Source: an uncultured archaeon (GTDB lineage: Archaea; EX4484-52; JAADEF01). From it: 53,827 nt of DNA. The translations under genes were made by a program, and so were the position numbers. Below are positions 40,016-49,788 of the stretch, in pieces. The notes under the pieces are model-generated. The model was not told the origin of the DNA. It saw only the letters and a program-made list of their open reading frames with translations, and ran no database searches. Each line of letters starts with the position of its first letter. Within the stretch, counting starts at the first letter, position 1. The stretch lies in assembly GCA_964407715.1 (NCBI GenBank), contig CAYOWP010000002.1, positions 1 through 53,827 on the forward strand, in the 5' to 3' direction.

Positions 40016-41385
40016 AAAAAGAGGTGCTCAAAAAAATAAAGCCTACAAAAGATGAAAAGAAAAGATTATTGGATTTCTATAATGAAATTAAAAAAAACAT
40101 AAAAAAATATGATAATGAGAACTTAATTAAAAAAATAGATTTAGTTGGATCCGTATCGAAAGATACTTTTCTTAAAGATAATAGAGATTTAGACATATTC
40201 ATGTTTTTTTCAAAAGAAATCTCAAAGGAAAAGATGGAAGAGTATGCTCTCGAAATAGGGAAAAATATCTTTCTATTATATAATGAAAAATATGTAATAA
40301 AATATGCCGAACATCCTTATGTTAAAGGAAAAATAAGAGGTTTTGATATTGAACTTGTACCTGCATATCTAATAAATAAAGGGGAAAAGATAAGAAGCGC
40401 TGTTGATAGAACACTATTTCATAAAGAGTATATCATAAATAATTTAAAGGAACATGATGAAGTAAGGATATTAAAAAAGTTTATGAAAAGCGTTGGTGTG
40501 TATGGTTCTGAGCTCTATATTAATGGCTTCTCAGGATATGCATGTGAACTTTTTATAATAAAATATAAATCCTTTGAAAATTTCCTAAAAAATGTGATAA
40601 ATTTCAAGAAAAGAGAGGTAATATGCTTGAGCAGGGAATGTGATGAAAAAAAATATAGGAAGAGATTTAGAAATGATGCTATTATATTAGTTGATCCTGT
40701 AGATGAAAATAGAAATGTGTGCTCATCAGTAAGCATTCAAAATTTGGCAAAAATAAAATTGTATGCAAGGCTCTTTCTTTCACGCCCGTCTATTAATTTT
40801 TTCTTCTTAGATGAAATTAAGATTAATAAAAAAGAGCTTAACATAAAACATAAAGAAATGGATAAATATTGGTTTGTAGTTGAGTTTAAGAACACAAAAG
40901 AAGAGATTAAAGATACAATCTATCCTCAATTGGAGAAATTCAGAAAATATTTGCTGTATCTCTATGAGCAACTTGATTTTAAAGTTGAAAGGAGTTTCTC
41001 TTATATTGATGATAATTCTTATGGAATATATTTCGAATTTGGATTTTCAAAGCCAGCTAAATTTCGCTTAGTTAAAGGTCCAGAAATGTTTGTTAAGTGG
41101 GATAGAATAAAAGGATTTATAAAAAAATATAAGGTTTATTGGATTGATGATAAAGGTATGTTAAAAAGCAATGTTAGAAGAAAATATATATTGCCGGAGG
41201 ATGTTGTGTTATCTTTAAAAGAATTGGAAGAGGATAAAAGACATATGTTAGGTGTTCCCAAGAGCATATCGAGAGATTATTATACATTACAAGTTATCAA
41301 AGATATTATGAAAATTAAAAATGAAGATTTCTTTAAAAGATATTTGCAAGATAGTTGGAAAATTAAATGGGCATTAAAAACTTAA
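39994..41385 (+). CDS. cca: CCA-adding enzyme (archaeal class I)
   Basis: VGSVSKDTFL..RDLDIF, YAEHPY, SAVDRT, GFSGYACEL and DPVDENRNV motifs. Confidence 0.95.
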   Translation: MEEIEKIKKEVLKKIKPTKDEKKRLLDFYNEIKKNIKKYDNENLIKKIDLVGSVSKDTFLKDNRDLDIFMFFSKEISKEKMEEYALEIGKNIFLLYNEKYVIKYAEHPYVKGKIRGFDIELVPAYLINKGEKIRSAVDRTLFHKEYIINNLKEHDEVRILKKFMKSVGVYGSELYINGFSGYACELFIIKYKSFENFLKNVINFKKREVICLSRECDEKKYRKRFRNDAIILVDPVDENRNVCSSVSIQNLAKIKLYARLFLSRPSINFFFLDEIKINKKELNIKHKEMDKYWFVVEFKNTKEEIKDTIYPQLEKFRKYLLYLYEQLDFKVERSFSYIDDNSYGIYFEFGFSKPAKFRLVKGPEMFVKWDRIKGFIKKYKVYWIDDKGMLKSNVRRKYILPEDVVLSLKELEEDKRHMLGVPKSISRDYYTLQVIKDIMKIKNEDFFKRYLQDSWKIKWALKT

Positions 41386-41812
41386 AAAAGAATTTTTTAA
41401 ATTCTGCTAAAATTTCTCCGTGATCAAAACCCATTTTCTCAGGTAAAGAGTTCAAATTAAATATGTGCACTTCACTTATCTCTCTATTATCATATTTTCC
41501 AATTTTTATTTTATAAAGGTTTGGAAGTTGCTTAACAAAAACATGTGTGATGTTCCTAAACCTTGGATCTCTATTGATATCATCAAAATATGTAAAATAA
41601 TCTTTCTTTGTAAAACTTATCTGTATTCCTGTTTCTTCTTTTACCTCTCTTGTAACTGCTTCATGTAATAGTTCATTTTCTTCAACAATACCTCCTGGCA
41701 AACAAAAATAATACTTAAAAGGTTCATAATTCCTTTTTATAAGAAGAACATTGCCTTCTTTATCATAAATTATGGCATCAACACTGATCACAATTCTTCT
41801 TTGCTCTTTCAT
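41363..41812 (-). CDS. NUDIX hydrolase
   Basis: PGGIVEENELLHEAVTREVKEETG Nudix box; RDPR and FDH motifs. Confidence 0.92.
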   Translation of the reverse strand: MKEQRRIVISVDAIIYDKEGNVLLIKRNYEPFKYYFCLPGGIVEENELLHEAVTREVKEETGIQISFTKKDYFTYFDDINRDPRFRNITHVFVKQLPNLYKIKIGKYDNREISEVHIFNLNSLPEKMGFDHGEILAEFKKFFFKFLMPI

Positions 41813-41817
41813 ATTCT

Positions 41818-44800
41818 TCAACCAAATAATGTCTTCTGAGATGTCTTTTTACCAAACATTGTTTCGATAGTATCTTCCATAAGTTCATAGGTTTGTAGTG
41901 TATATGATGAGATAGTATAATGAGAAATTATATATCTAACGATATCGCTATATTTTCTTATATTCCCTTCATTTACAGTTAAAATGATATCCCCCCCACA
42001 TTCCTCACATTTCCCTTTTAAAGGAGGTCTTCTATATACTGTGTTGCATTTGCTACATCTAAACTTTTGTCTTGAGAATTGGCGTAAGTTTCCTTTCATA
42101 TCCTTCAAAAAATGCTTTTTGAGTATCTCTTCCGCAATCTTGTTCTCATCTACTGCTCTTATTTTCCTTGCAATTTCTAATTGCTGTTTAACCTTCTCAA
42201 ACATATCCGGAACTTCTACATATCTTGAGATATTAGGAGCATCAAAAAGAGAGATATGAGGAAAATTAAATACAAATTCAAAAGGTCTTTTTTCTCTTAT
42301 TATGTTCTCTGCTATCTTTGGAAGATATGGTTCCATTTCTGATAAAGAAGGATAATCATAAGTATGCTCATAAAATTCTAACGAATATTGTTCCTGAACC
42401 TCAATATTCCAGGATTCATCATCCACTTCCTCTGGGTTAAGAACAATAGTAAGCACAAGAGGTGCATCCATTGTTCTTGCTCCTCTTGTATCTGGTAAAT
42501 ATCTTCGAGAAAAGTTAAGAAACGCGTCAAGTAATAATAATATACTATCCTCATCACCATCTGCGTTTCTTCTTTTTGCAGCATGCCAATATGGATGTGC
42601 TAAAATTCCTCTTGCTTTTCCAAAGCCAATTATTCTGCCAACAATACCGGCAGAGGTGTGAGGTGCAATCCCAACAACCAAAGTTCCTATGAGATCTCTT
42701 TTAGTCTTATAATTATAATATGGCTTTAATCCATAAACCTTTTCCAATAATTCATCCAAATACCACGTAACTTTTAAAAGATAATCTGCTGCTGAGCTCT
42801 CTTCAACATCTGGAATAATTATGTCTTGAGGTTTTAATCTCAAGATTTGATCATCATCTTTTAAAGGATTTCCAAAGATATCATACTCATATCCCAATTC
42901 TCTCAATTTTTTTGTGTTTACTCCTATATCTCTTGGTCTAAAATGTGTTAAAGGAATGTCTGTTGCATCATATCTTATAGTTCCATCTTTATATACATAC
43001 AACCCATATTTTGCCCTTAATATTCCTTTCTCTATTAATTCCACATCCTTCCTAGGACCAAATACTCCCCTCACGCCCTTAACCAATTGTAACTTGGGCA
43101 TGCCTAATCTAGAATATGCATTATTAACTAATTTCTTTATCTCTATCTTTTGCTTAGCATACTCCTTAACTTTATCTTTGCATTGTTTCTTGTCATATAT
43201 CTTCTTATTACCACAATAAAAGATTTGTTTTGTATTTAAACTTCCACACCACATACATCTTTTATAAAAGCTTTCTTTTCCGCAATCAAAGCATTTATAA
43301 GAAATTATCTCTGAATATATGCTTCCCTTTTCGCAAGATTCCATGAGATTTCTCATTCTCCCTCCTTCTTCCCCAACAGGAAACAAGAGCTGAGGACTTC
43401 CTCTTTTCATTGCTCTATACTTTGCTTTTTCTGGTCTTCCCATTCTTAATCCAATATATGTAGGAGCTCTTGCTCTTATTGTGACACCTGTCACATAAGA
43501 AACATATGAGAGTGTATTATCAAACATGTCTTTATAGCTCTCTATCTCTCTATATGTTCTAAATTTTGAGAATATTAAATTATGAATCCATGAATGTTCA
43601 TCAATAACAATAATCCCGTTGCTTAATTTATGAAGAACTCCTAAACTCTCTAATATATGCTTAATTTCCTTATTATTCTCCATCTTCACTTTACCTTTTT
43701 CTATTTTGGCTTTATCTAATGCATCTACAAGTTTTAAAAATTCCTCTTTTGATATGTCATGCCAAAATAAATTGTATTTTGGATGTAATCCTATCTTATA
43801 TTTTTTCGAGATTTCATATGCCTCCTCAAATGAAGGAACTTCTTTCCACCATTCTCTATATCTCTCATATAGATTCTCATCTACTTTCTTTAATTCTTGA
43901 AGCCACCATAATTCATCATATGCTGCTGGTAAGAATACATGATTATTTGAGATAAACTCACTTACAGGTATTAATATATCTCCTAAATATAAGATATAAT
44001 CTATGCTCTGCTTATATTTATCAGCATCTTCTTTATTTTTTATTTCTACAACAGAACCGTCTGTTAATCTCACAATAGGATTTTCTAAGAACTCATTTGG
44101 CATCACAACTGCAGCTTTTCCAGGGCCTTCTAATGCAACTTGTGTCCCCATAGCCAAGTAATCTAAAAGATAGAATACTCCTCTTGATAAATTGACAGAT
44201 GCCAATCCATTAGTAAAGGATTTACCATATCTTAATCTAAAACCTCCTTTTTGTGCTGGAAAAGATAATACAGGCCTTCCTCCAACTAATTTATCTAAAT
44301 ATTTTGTTGAGGGAATATATTTCACATTGCCTTCAACATTAGCAGAATGAATCTTCTTTTTTAATTCAACAAAATCTCTTAACCATTTCCAATGCTCTAA
44401 ATTATATTTCTTTCCATACTTATTAATGAATTTTAATAACTTCTCTGCCTTTAAGGGTATACCATCAAGCAATACTAAGCACATACCTCCTCTTATCAAA
44501 TTTGTTTCAACACGCTCTAAATCTTTGTAATTAGAAACCTCTAAATTCTCTGTGGGCTCCCCCGTGATTTCCACTGGAATGTTTTTGATAATAAAATCCA
44601 TCTCTTGTTTTGTTGGCCTGTATTGTTTAGGAGCTATTCTTGTATAATAATCTTCTACTTCTGTAAAATATCTGTTTATTTCCTCTTCTGTTGGTTTATA
44701 TTTATCTAAGCCTATAAGCATTCTTATTCGATCAGCTATCAAGACGGACATTGCAGATGCAGTACCTCCCGCGCTTCTTATTGGTCCTGCATAATAAATA

Positions 44801-45222
44801 GCTAAGTACTCTGTACCATCAAAATTTTTTCTTATCTTTATATCAGAAATTCCTTCTAAAGGCGCAGTTACAACACCTTGTGTAAGATAGGCTACAGCAG
44901 CGCGTATTGCTAAATTTGCTCTTTGCTCTTTATCAGGTATATTGACTGTTATATTCTTAGCTATGTTCTCTGCAAGAGTCATCGAAACTCTTAAATCATT
45001 CTTACCATATTTCTTTTCGAGTTTTAAGATATCTTCTTTTATATTTTCTAAATTTATATCTGGAAAGATAACAGAGAGCAATCCAATAACTCTTGATGCT
45101 GTATCCTCTGCTAAAACAATCTCTACATAAAACTCAGGATCATAACCAAGAGCTCTCGCCTTTTTCGCGATTCCATATTCTCTTAGCGATGTTTCCTGAA
45201 TATTTTGGAAATAAGAATCCAT
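41818..45222 (-). CDS. polC: DNA polymerase D large subunit (DP2)
   Basis: AGPIRSAGGT, GGFRLRYG, RMGRPEK, GTIRYD, KRRNADGDED and C-terminal Zn finger; no intein. Confidence 0.97.
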   Translation of the reverse strand: MDSYFQNIQETSLREYGIAKKARALGYDPEFYVEIVLAEDTASRVIGLLSVIFPDINLENIKEDILKLEKKYGKNDLRVSMTLAENIAKNITVNIPDKEQRANLAIRAAVAYLTQGVVTAPLEGISDIKIRKNFDGTEYLAIYYAGPIRSAGGTASAMSVLIADRIRMLIGLDKYKPTEEEINRYFTEVEDYYTRIAPKQYRPTKQEMDFIIKNIPVEITGEPTENLEVSNYKDLERVETNLIRGGMCLVLLDGIPLKAEKLLKFINKYGKKYNLEHWKWLRDFVELKKKIHSANVEGNVKYIPSTKYLDKLVGGRPVLSFPAQKGGFRLRYGKSFTNGLASVNLSRGVFYLLDYLAMGTQVALEGPGKAAVVMPNEFLENPIVRLTDGSVVEIKNKEDADKYKQSIDYILYLGDILIPVSEFISNNHVFLPAAYDELWWLQELKKVDENLYERYREWWKEVPSFEEAYEISKKYKIGLHPKYNLFWHDISKEEFLKLVDALDKAKIEKGKVKMENNKEIKHILESLGVLHKLSNGIIVIDEHSWIHNLIFSKFRTYREIESYKDMFDNTLSYVSYVTGVTIRARAPTYIGLRMGRPEKAKYRAMKRGSPQLLFPVGEEGGRMRNLMESCEKGSIYSEIISYKCFDCGKESFYKRCMWCGSLNTKQIFYCGNKKIYDKKQCKDKVKEYAKQKIEIKKLVNNAYSRLGMPKLQLVKGVRGVFGPRKDVELIEKGILRAKYGLYVYKDGTIRYDATDIPLTHFRPRDIGVNTKKLRELGYEYDIFGNPLKDDDQILRLKPQDIIIPDVEESSAADYLLKVTWYLDELLEKVYGLKPYYNYKTKRDLIGTLVVGIAPHTSAGIVGRIIGFGKARGILAHPYWHAAKRRNADGDEDSILLLLDAFLNFSRRYLPDTRGARTMDAPLVLTIVLNPEEVDDESWNIEVQEQYSLEFYEHTYDYPSLSEMEPYLPKIAENIIREKRPFEFVFNFPHISLFDAPNISRYVEVPDMFEKVKQQLEIARKIRAVDENKIAEEILKKHFLKDMKGNLRQFSRQKFRCSKCNTVYRRPPLKGKCEECGGDIILTVNEGNIRKYSDIVRYIISHYTISSYTLQTYELMEDTIETMFGKKTSQKTLFG

Positions 45223-45257
45223 AATTATAAAAATAAATGAAAATTTTATTAAAATTT

Positions 45258-45278
45258 TTCCACACGAAATGAAGGGGT
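45258..45278 (+). promoter_or_regulatory. Single ORB between divergent polC and cdc6
   Basis: TTCCACACGAAATGAAGGGGT, 19/21 identical to the ORBs at 38.7 kb. Confidence 0.8.
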
Positions 45279-45347
45279 CTCTTTTCTTAACTACTTTTTG
45301 TTCGTATAGAAATATATTTAAAAGTTCAGATTTTCTATAATACTTTT

Positions 45348-46577
45348 ATGACCAGTAGATCTGCAGTTCAACAAAAGATAAACCTTATTTTTAGAGATAC
45401 TTTAAATAAAAAAAGCATTTTTAAAAATAAAAATGTATTGGATTCTTCATACATACCAGACAATATTTTACATAGAGATAATGAGATATTAGAATTATCA
45501 AGAATTCTTTCTGTGGCTTTAAAATTCGAGAAACCGTCTAATGTATTTGTATATGGTCCAACAGGTACTGGCAAAACATTAGTTGTTGATTTTGTTTCAA
45601 AAGAATTGGTTAATGTAGCCAAACATAACAGCATTCCTATATACTATGTTTATGTAAATGCTAAGATGAAAAGAATCTCAGATACTGAGTATCGCTTAAT
45701 ATCTTATATCTCGAATATACTTGGAGAGAACATTCCTTATACAGGATTACCTACTGATGTGGTATATTCAAGGTTTATTAATAGGATAGAATCTTTAAAA
45801 GGCATACTTATCATTGCTATAGATGAGATAGACTATCTTGTGAATAAGATAGGGGATAGATTTCTTTATACACTAACAAGGATAAATCAAGATTTGAATA
45901 ATACAAAAGTTTCCTTAATAGGCATCTCAAATAATTTGAACTTTACAGAATATTTAGATCCACGTGTAAGATCCTCATTATCTGAGGAGGAGATAGTATT
46001 TGCACCTTATAATGCTCTTCAATTAAGAGATATTTTGCAAGATAGGGCAAAAGATGCCTTTAATGAGGGAGCTGTTGAACCTTCTGTAATTAGTAAATGT
46101 GCAGCAATTGCTGCACAGGAAAACGGTGATGCTAGGAAAGCATTAGATCTTTTGAGGGTTGCAGGTGAGTTGGCAGAGAGAAACAATGAGTATAAAGTTA
46201 GAGAGTATTATGTAGATTTAGCACATAAAAAAATAGATTATGATAGAGTTATGGAAGTTGTTAAATCTTTAGCACAACATCAGAAAATTATATTATATGC
46301 CATAATCTCTTATTTGTTAGATAAAGAAGTAACGCAGAAAGCATATACTGGAGATATTTATCATATTTATGTTGATTTATGCAATAAAATTAAGAAAACA
46401 CCTATTTCACAAAGGAGAGTTTCAGATATAATAAATGATTTAGATGTTTTAGGGATTATCAATGCTAAGATAAAAAGTTTGGGGAGGTATGGAAGGACAA
46501 GGGAGATATCTTTGAACAATTCTAAGGAGATTTACACGAAAATCCTCGAATTTTTAAAGCATGATCTATACCTATAA
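45348..46577 (+). CDS. cdc6: Orc1/Cdc6 replication initiator
   Basis: GPTGTGKT, IDEID, LDPRVRSSL and GDARKALDLLR motifs; winged-helix GRYGRTREI. Confidence 0.96.
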   Translation: MTSRSAVQQKINLIFRDTLNKKSIFKNKNVLDSSYIPDNILHRDNEILELSRILSVALKFEKPSNVFVYGPTGTGKTLVVDFVSKELVNVAKHNSIPIYYVYVNAKMKRISDTEYRLISYISNILGENIPYTGLPTDVVYSRFINRIESLKGILIIAIDEIDYLVNKIGDRFLYTLTRINQDLNNTKVSLIGISNNLNFTEYLDPRVRSSLSEEEIVFAPYNALQLRDILQDRAKDAFNEGAVEPSVISKCAAIAAQENGDARKALDLLRVAGELAERNNEYKVREYYVDLAHKKIDYDRVMEVVKSLAQHQKIILYAIISYLLDKEVTQKAYTGDIYHIYVDLCNKIKKTPISQRRVSDIINDLDVLGIINAKIKSLGRYGRTREISLNNSKEIYTKILEFLKHDLYL

Positions 46578-46592
46578 TTTTATGTGATATTT

Positions 46593-47162
46593 ATGAAAAA
46601 TAAAAAGATTTTGGCTTATTATTTAAACAAAGAAGTAATTATTTGGGATAAAAAGGATATTGATAAGCTTCATAAAGATAAATATTTTGGAAAAATATTT
46701 GAGGATAATGAAAAAAAGCCATATCTTAAATTATTAATGGTAGAGGCAGCATATTTATTAGATAAGGGAATAATAGAGATTGTTGATTTTAAAACTAAGG
46801 AAAATCTTTCTTTTGACTCTTTTTATTCTTTATGTTGTAATTTGGATAAAGAATTTCCTCAGAAATTTATTGTTTTTAAGGATTTAAGGGATAGAGGATA
46901 TATTGTAAAATCTGGATTCAAATTTGGAACCCATTTTCGAGTTTATGATAAAGGGGTTAATCCTTATAAGATAGGAGAAAAGGCAAAAAGAGAACATACA
47001 AAGTTTAATGTTCATGCATATCCTGAAAACAAAATCTTTACATTTCAAGAATTATCGAGATATGTGCGATTGAGTCAGAATATTCGTGCACAAGCATTAA
47101 TTGCAGTGGTAGATGAAGAGAATGAAGTTACATATTATTTAATTTCACGTATAAAACCTTAA
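46593..47162 (+). CDS. endA: tRNA-intron splicing endonuclease
   Basis: KDLRDRGYIVKSGFKFGTHFRVY...H and LIAVVDEENEVTYY...KP motifs. Confidence 0.9.
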   Translation: MKNKKILAYYLNKEVIIWDKKDIDKLHKDKYFGKIFEDNEKKPYLKLLMVEAAYLLDKGIIEIVDFKTKENLSFDSFYSLCCNLDKEFPQKFIVFKDLRDRGYIVKSGFKFGTHFRVYDKGVNPYKIGEKAKREHTKFNVHAYPENKIFTFQELSRYVRLSQNIRAQALIAVVDEENEVTYYLISRIKP

Positions 47163-47284
47163 ATTAATTTTGCGTTAAATTAATATTAACTTAATATTTA
47201 TTTAAAATTTTTTAAATACCACATATTATTATTTATTTATGTTCTTTTAGAATATGATCCCTCCACACCTTGATTTGTTTTATT

Positions 47285-49363
47285 TTATTTTTTAAATTTA
47301 TTCAAAAAATTATTTTTACATTCTGGATTAATGCAGAACTCATATCTTTTATTTCTACTTATTCTAACCTCTAATATAGGATAAGAGCACAAATCACATC
47401 TTTTATTTGTTGCCTTTATCTTTCCTTTTTGAGGTAATGGATATGCTTCATTACATTTAGGATATGAAGAGCAAGATAGAAATCTCTTAACCTTTCCCTT
47501 ACTTTTGTATTCTTTTATTTGTAGATATCCATTACATTTTAGACAAGGAACAACCATGTTTTTTTCTAGCTCAGTTTGCTTGTTTGATTCTAAAAGCTCT
47601 AATCCAATACTTTTCTCATTTTCTTTTATCTTTTTGCATACAATAGTTAATGTTTTTTTAGCATCCTCCAAAACCTCTTTGCTATTGTTTAATCCTTTCT
47701 CTATTTTCTCTAAGGTTACCTCCATTTTTCTTGTTAATTCCTCAGAAAGTATTTCAGGAGTGTATTTTTTCATTATTTCATATATTTTCATACCAAGAGG
47801 AGTAACTTTTATTGTCTTTTCACCTCTTATATATCCTCTCTTATATAATGTCTCTAAAATCATTGCACGTGTTGCTTTTGTACCTAAATTTCTTTTTTCA
47901 AGTTCCTTTATGATTGTTGCAGGAGAATATCTTTTAGGAGGTTGTGTCTTTTTCTTATGTTTTTTAAACTTTTCTAATGTTATTTTATCTCCAATTTTTA
48001 TTTCTGGTATGTTATCTTCAGTGAGAGTTATTAATCCTTTATATATTTTTAACCATCCCTCTTTTTTTGTTCTATGCAATTCAAATACAAAATCCAAATT
48101 TTTAACCTTAATAATCCCTTTTAAGCTTTCTCTTATAGCATCTTCATGTAGCGTTGCGATAAATCTTCTTACCACAAGCCCATATATTTTCTTTTCATCC
48201 GTTGATAGACTATCTAACTCTGAGAGATCACCTGTTGGATATATTGCAGGATGTGCCTCATCTTCCTTCTTTCCGTTATTTGGCTTTATTTTTTCTTTTT
48301 TAAGAACTTCTTTTATAAAATTGGAGAATGTTTTTATGCTTGCAAGATTCATTAATATTTGTTTAAAAGGCAAATTTGATGGATATTTTTGTGAGGATGT
48401 GCGAGGATAACTTATTAATGCCTTTTCATACAATCTTTGAGAAATATCCAACACCTTTTGGGGTGAGATACTATATATGTTATATGCGTCTGTTTGTAAA
48501 TCTGTTAAATTGTATGGACAAGGTCTATTTAATTTTTGTTCATTTTTCTTTAATTCTTTCACTTTTCCTTCTTTTACATCTTTCACAATATTCCATATCT
48601 CATTTGCTTTCTTTTCATCAAATATTTTTTCCTCGATATATCTTATTTTAAAACCATATCTTGTAATACCTTCAATCGTATAATATGTTTTTGGTATAAA
48701 ATTTTGAATTTCTTTTTCTCTTTCTACCAAAATTCCTAAAGTAGGTCCTTGAACTCTGCCTATGCTTAGTGTTACATTCTTTCCAACTTTTCTTAGGGAT
48801 TCCATAAGCCCTCTACTCAGATTAATACCATAATAAAAATCAAGAACATGCCTTGTTATCCCTGCCATTGCAAGATTTTTTTGTATGCTTTTAAGAGGAT
48901 TTATATAAGCACTTATAAGATCTCTTTGTAATAATGTTGAAAATTTCATTCTCATGGCATTAGTTGTCTTGAATATATATCTCAAGATGTTATATGCTAT
49001 TGTTTCACCTTCAATATCATAATCTGTTGCAACTATATATTTTTGAGCATTACTTCCAAAAATTCTTAATGCTTCATAATAGTCTTTTGTATAAGAGGCT
49101 TTTTCATCAATCTCAAATATAGGCGACCAAAAAGTATCAAATACAGGATATTCCTTTTTAATATCTGTTGTAAGCCCAAATATATGTCCCACAGATGAGA
49201 GCACATATATACTCTTAGTAGGTTCTTCTATTATATAGATAGGTACTTTATTTTTATATCTAATAACCTTAATCGGCCTATTTTTCATTTTAGATATCGC
49301 TAATGAGATCTTTTTTGCTGCATTTGGCTTCTCAGCCAATATAACTTCCTTTATTTTTCCCAT
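47285..49363 (-). CDS. topA: DNA topoisomerase IA
   Basis: AEKP, ATDYDIEGE, SIGRVQGP, ISYPRT and LGTKATR motifs; C-terminal Zn ribbons. Confidence 0.96.
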   Translation of the reverse strand: MGKIKEVILAEKPNAAKKISLAISKMKNRPIKVIRYKNKVPIYIIEEPTKSIYVLSSVGHIFGLTTDIKKEYPVFDTFWSPIFEIDEKASYTKDYYEALRIFGSNAQKYIVATDYDIEGETIAYNILRYIFKTTNAMRMKFSTLLQRDLISAYINPLKSIQKNLAMAGITRHVLDFYYGINLSRGLMESLRKVGKNVTLSIGRVQGPTLGILVEREKEIQNFIPKTYYTIEGITRYGFKIRYIEEKIFDEKKANEIWNIVKDVKEGKVKELKKNEQKLNRPCPYNLTDLQTDAYNIYSISPQKVLDISQRLYEKALISYPRTSSQKYPSNLPFKQILMNLASIKTFSNFIKEVLKKEKIKPNNGKKEDEAHPAIYPTGDLSELDSLSTDEKKIYGLVVRRFIATLHEDAIRESLKGIIKVKNLDFVFELHRTKKEGWLKIYKGLITLTEDNIPEIKIGDKITLEKFKKHKKKTQPPKRYSPATIIKELEKRNLGTKATRAMILETLYKRGYIRGEKTIKVTPLGMKIYEIMKKYTPEILSEELTRKMEVTLEKIEKGLNNSKEVLEDAKKTLTIVCKKIKENEKSIGLELLESNKQTELEKNMVVPCLKCNGYLQIKEYKSKGKVKRFLSCSSYPKCNEAYPLPQKGKIKATNKRCDLCSYPILEVRISRNKRYEFCINPECKNNFLNKFKK

Positions 49364-49699
49364 TCATTCTTCACCAAACAGTCCATCAAATGGAGAAAAT
49401 ATGTTATATATGCTTTTTATTAATAATATAATCATAAAGAAATATGAGATATAATGATATATGGAGAAATCTCTAAGAAACACCAAAACACCCACACACA
49501 AATCTATGATTGCGTTTATACTGAAATAATCCTCCCACATTGCTATATCCATAACAAATGTTATAATACCTCTTATTAAATGATACCATAAAAGAATAAT
49601 TATTAAAACATTCACCTCTTTATTCATTTCTCTAAAAATGAAATATAAGATAACAGTGATAACACTCATTATATCATTTATATCTGAATATTCTACCAT
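49364..49699 (-). CDS. Small membrane protein
   Basis: Four hydrophobic segments; abuts the topA start. Confidence 0.6.
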   Translation of the reverse strand: MVEYSDINDIMSVITVILYFIFREMNKEVNVLIIILLWYHLIRGIITFVMDIAMWEDYFSINAIIDLCVGVLVFLRDFSIYHYISYFFMIILLIKSIYNIFSPFDGLFGEE

Positions 49700-49788
49700 A
49701 ATAAAAACAACATATGTTTTATTTTTAAAGTTTAATCTTTAAGTTATTTTAAAATGTTGCCACCTATTATATATTTTGTGGTGATGAT

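Noticed and set aside
47163-47284. AT-rich palindromic stretch as another repeat copy or origin
   Set aside because: No monomer ends, cap or ORB; most likely a terminator region between convergent genes.
47505-48410. 301-aa plus-strand ORF, and similar antisense ORFs across the window
   Set aside because: Fully antisense to topA or other well-supported genes, with Phe/Ser/Ile-rich shadow composition.
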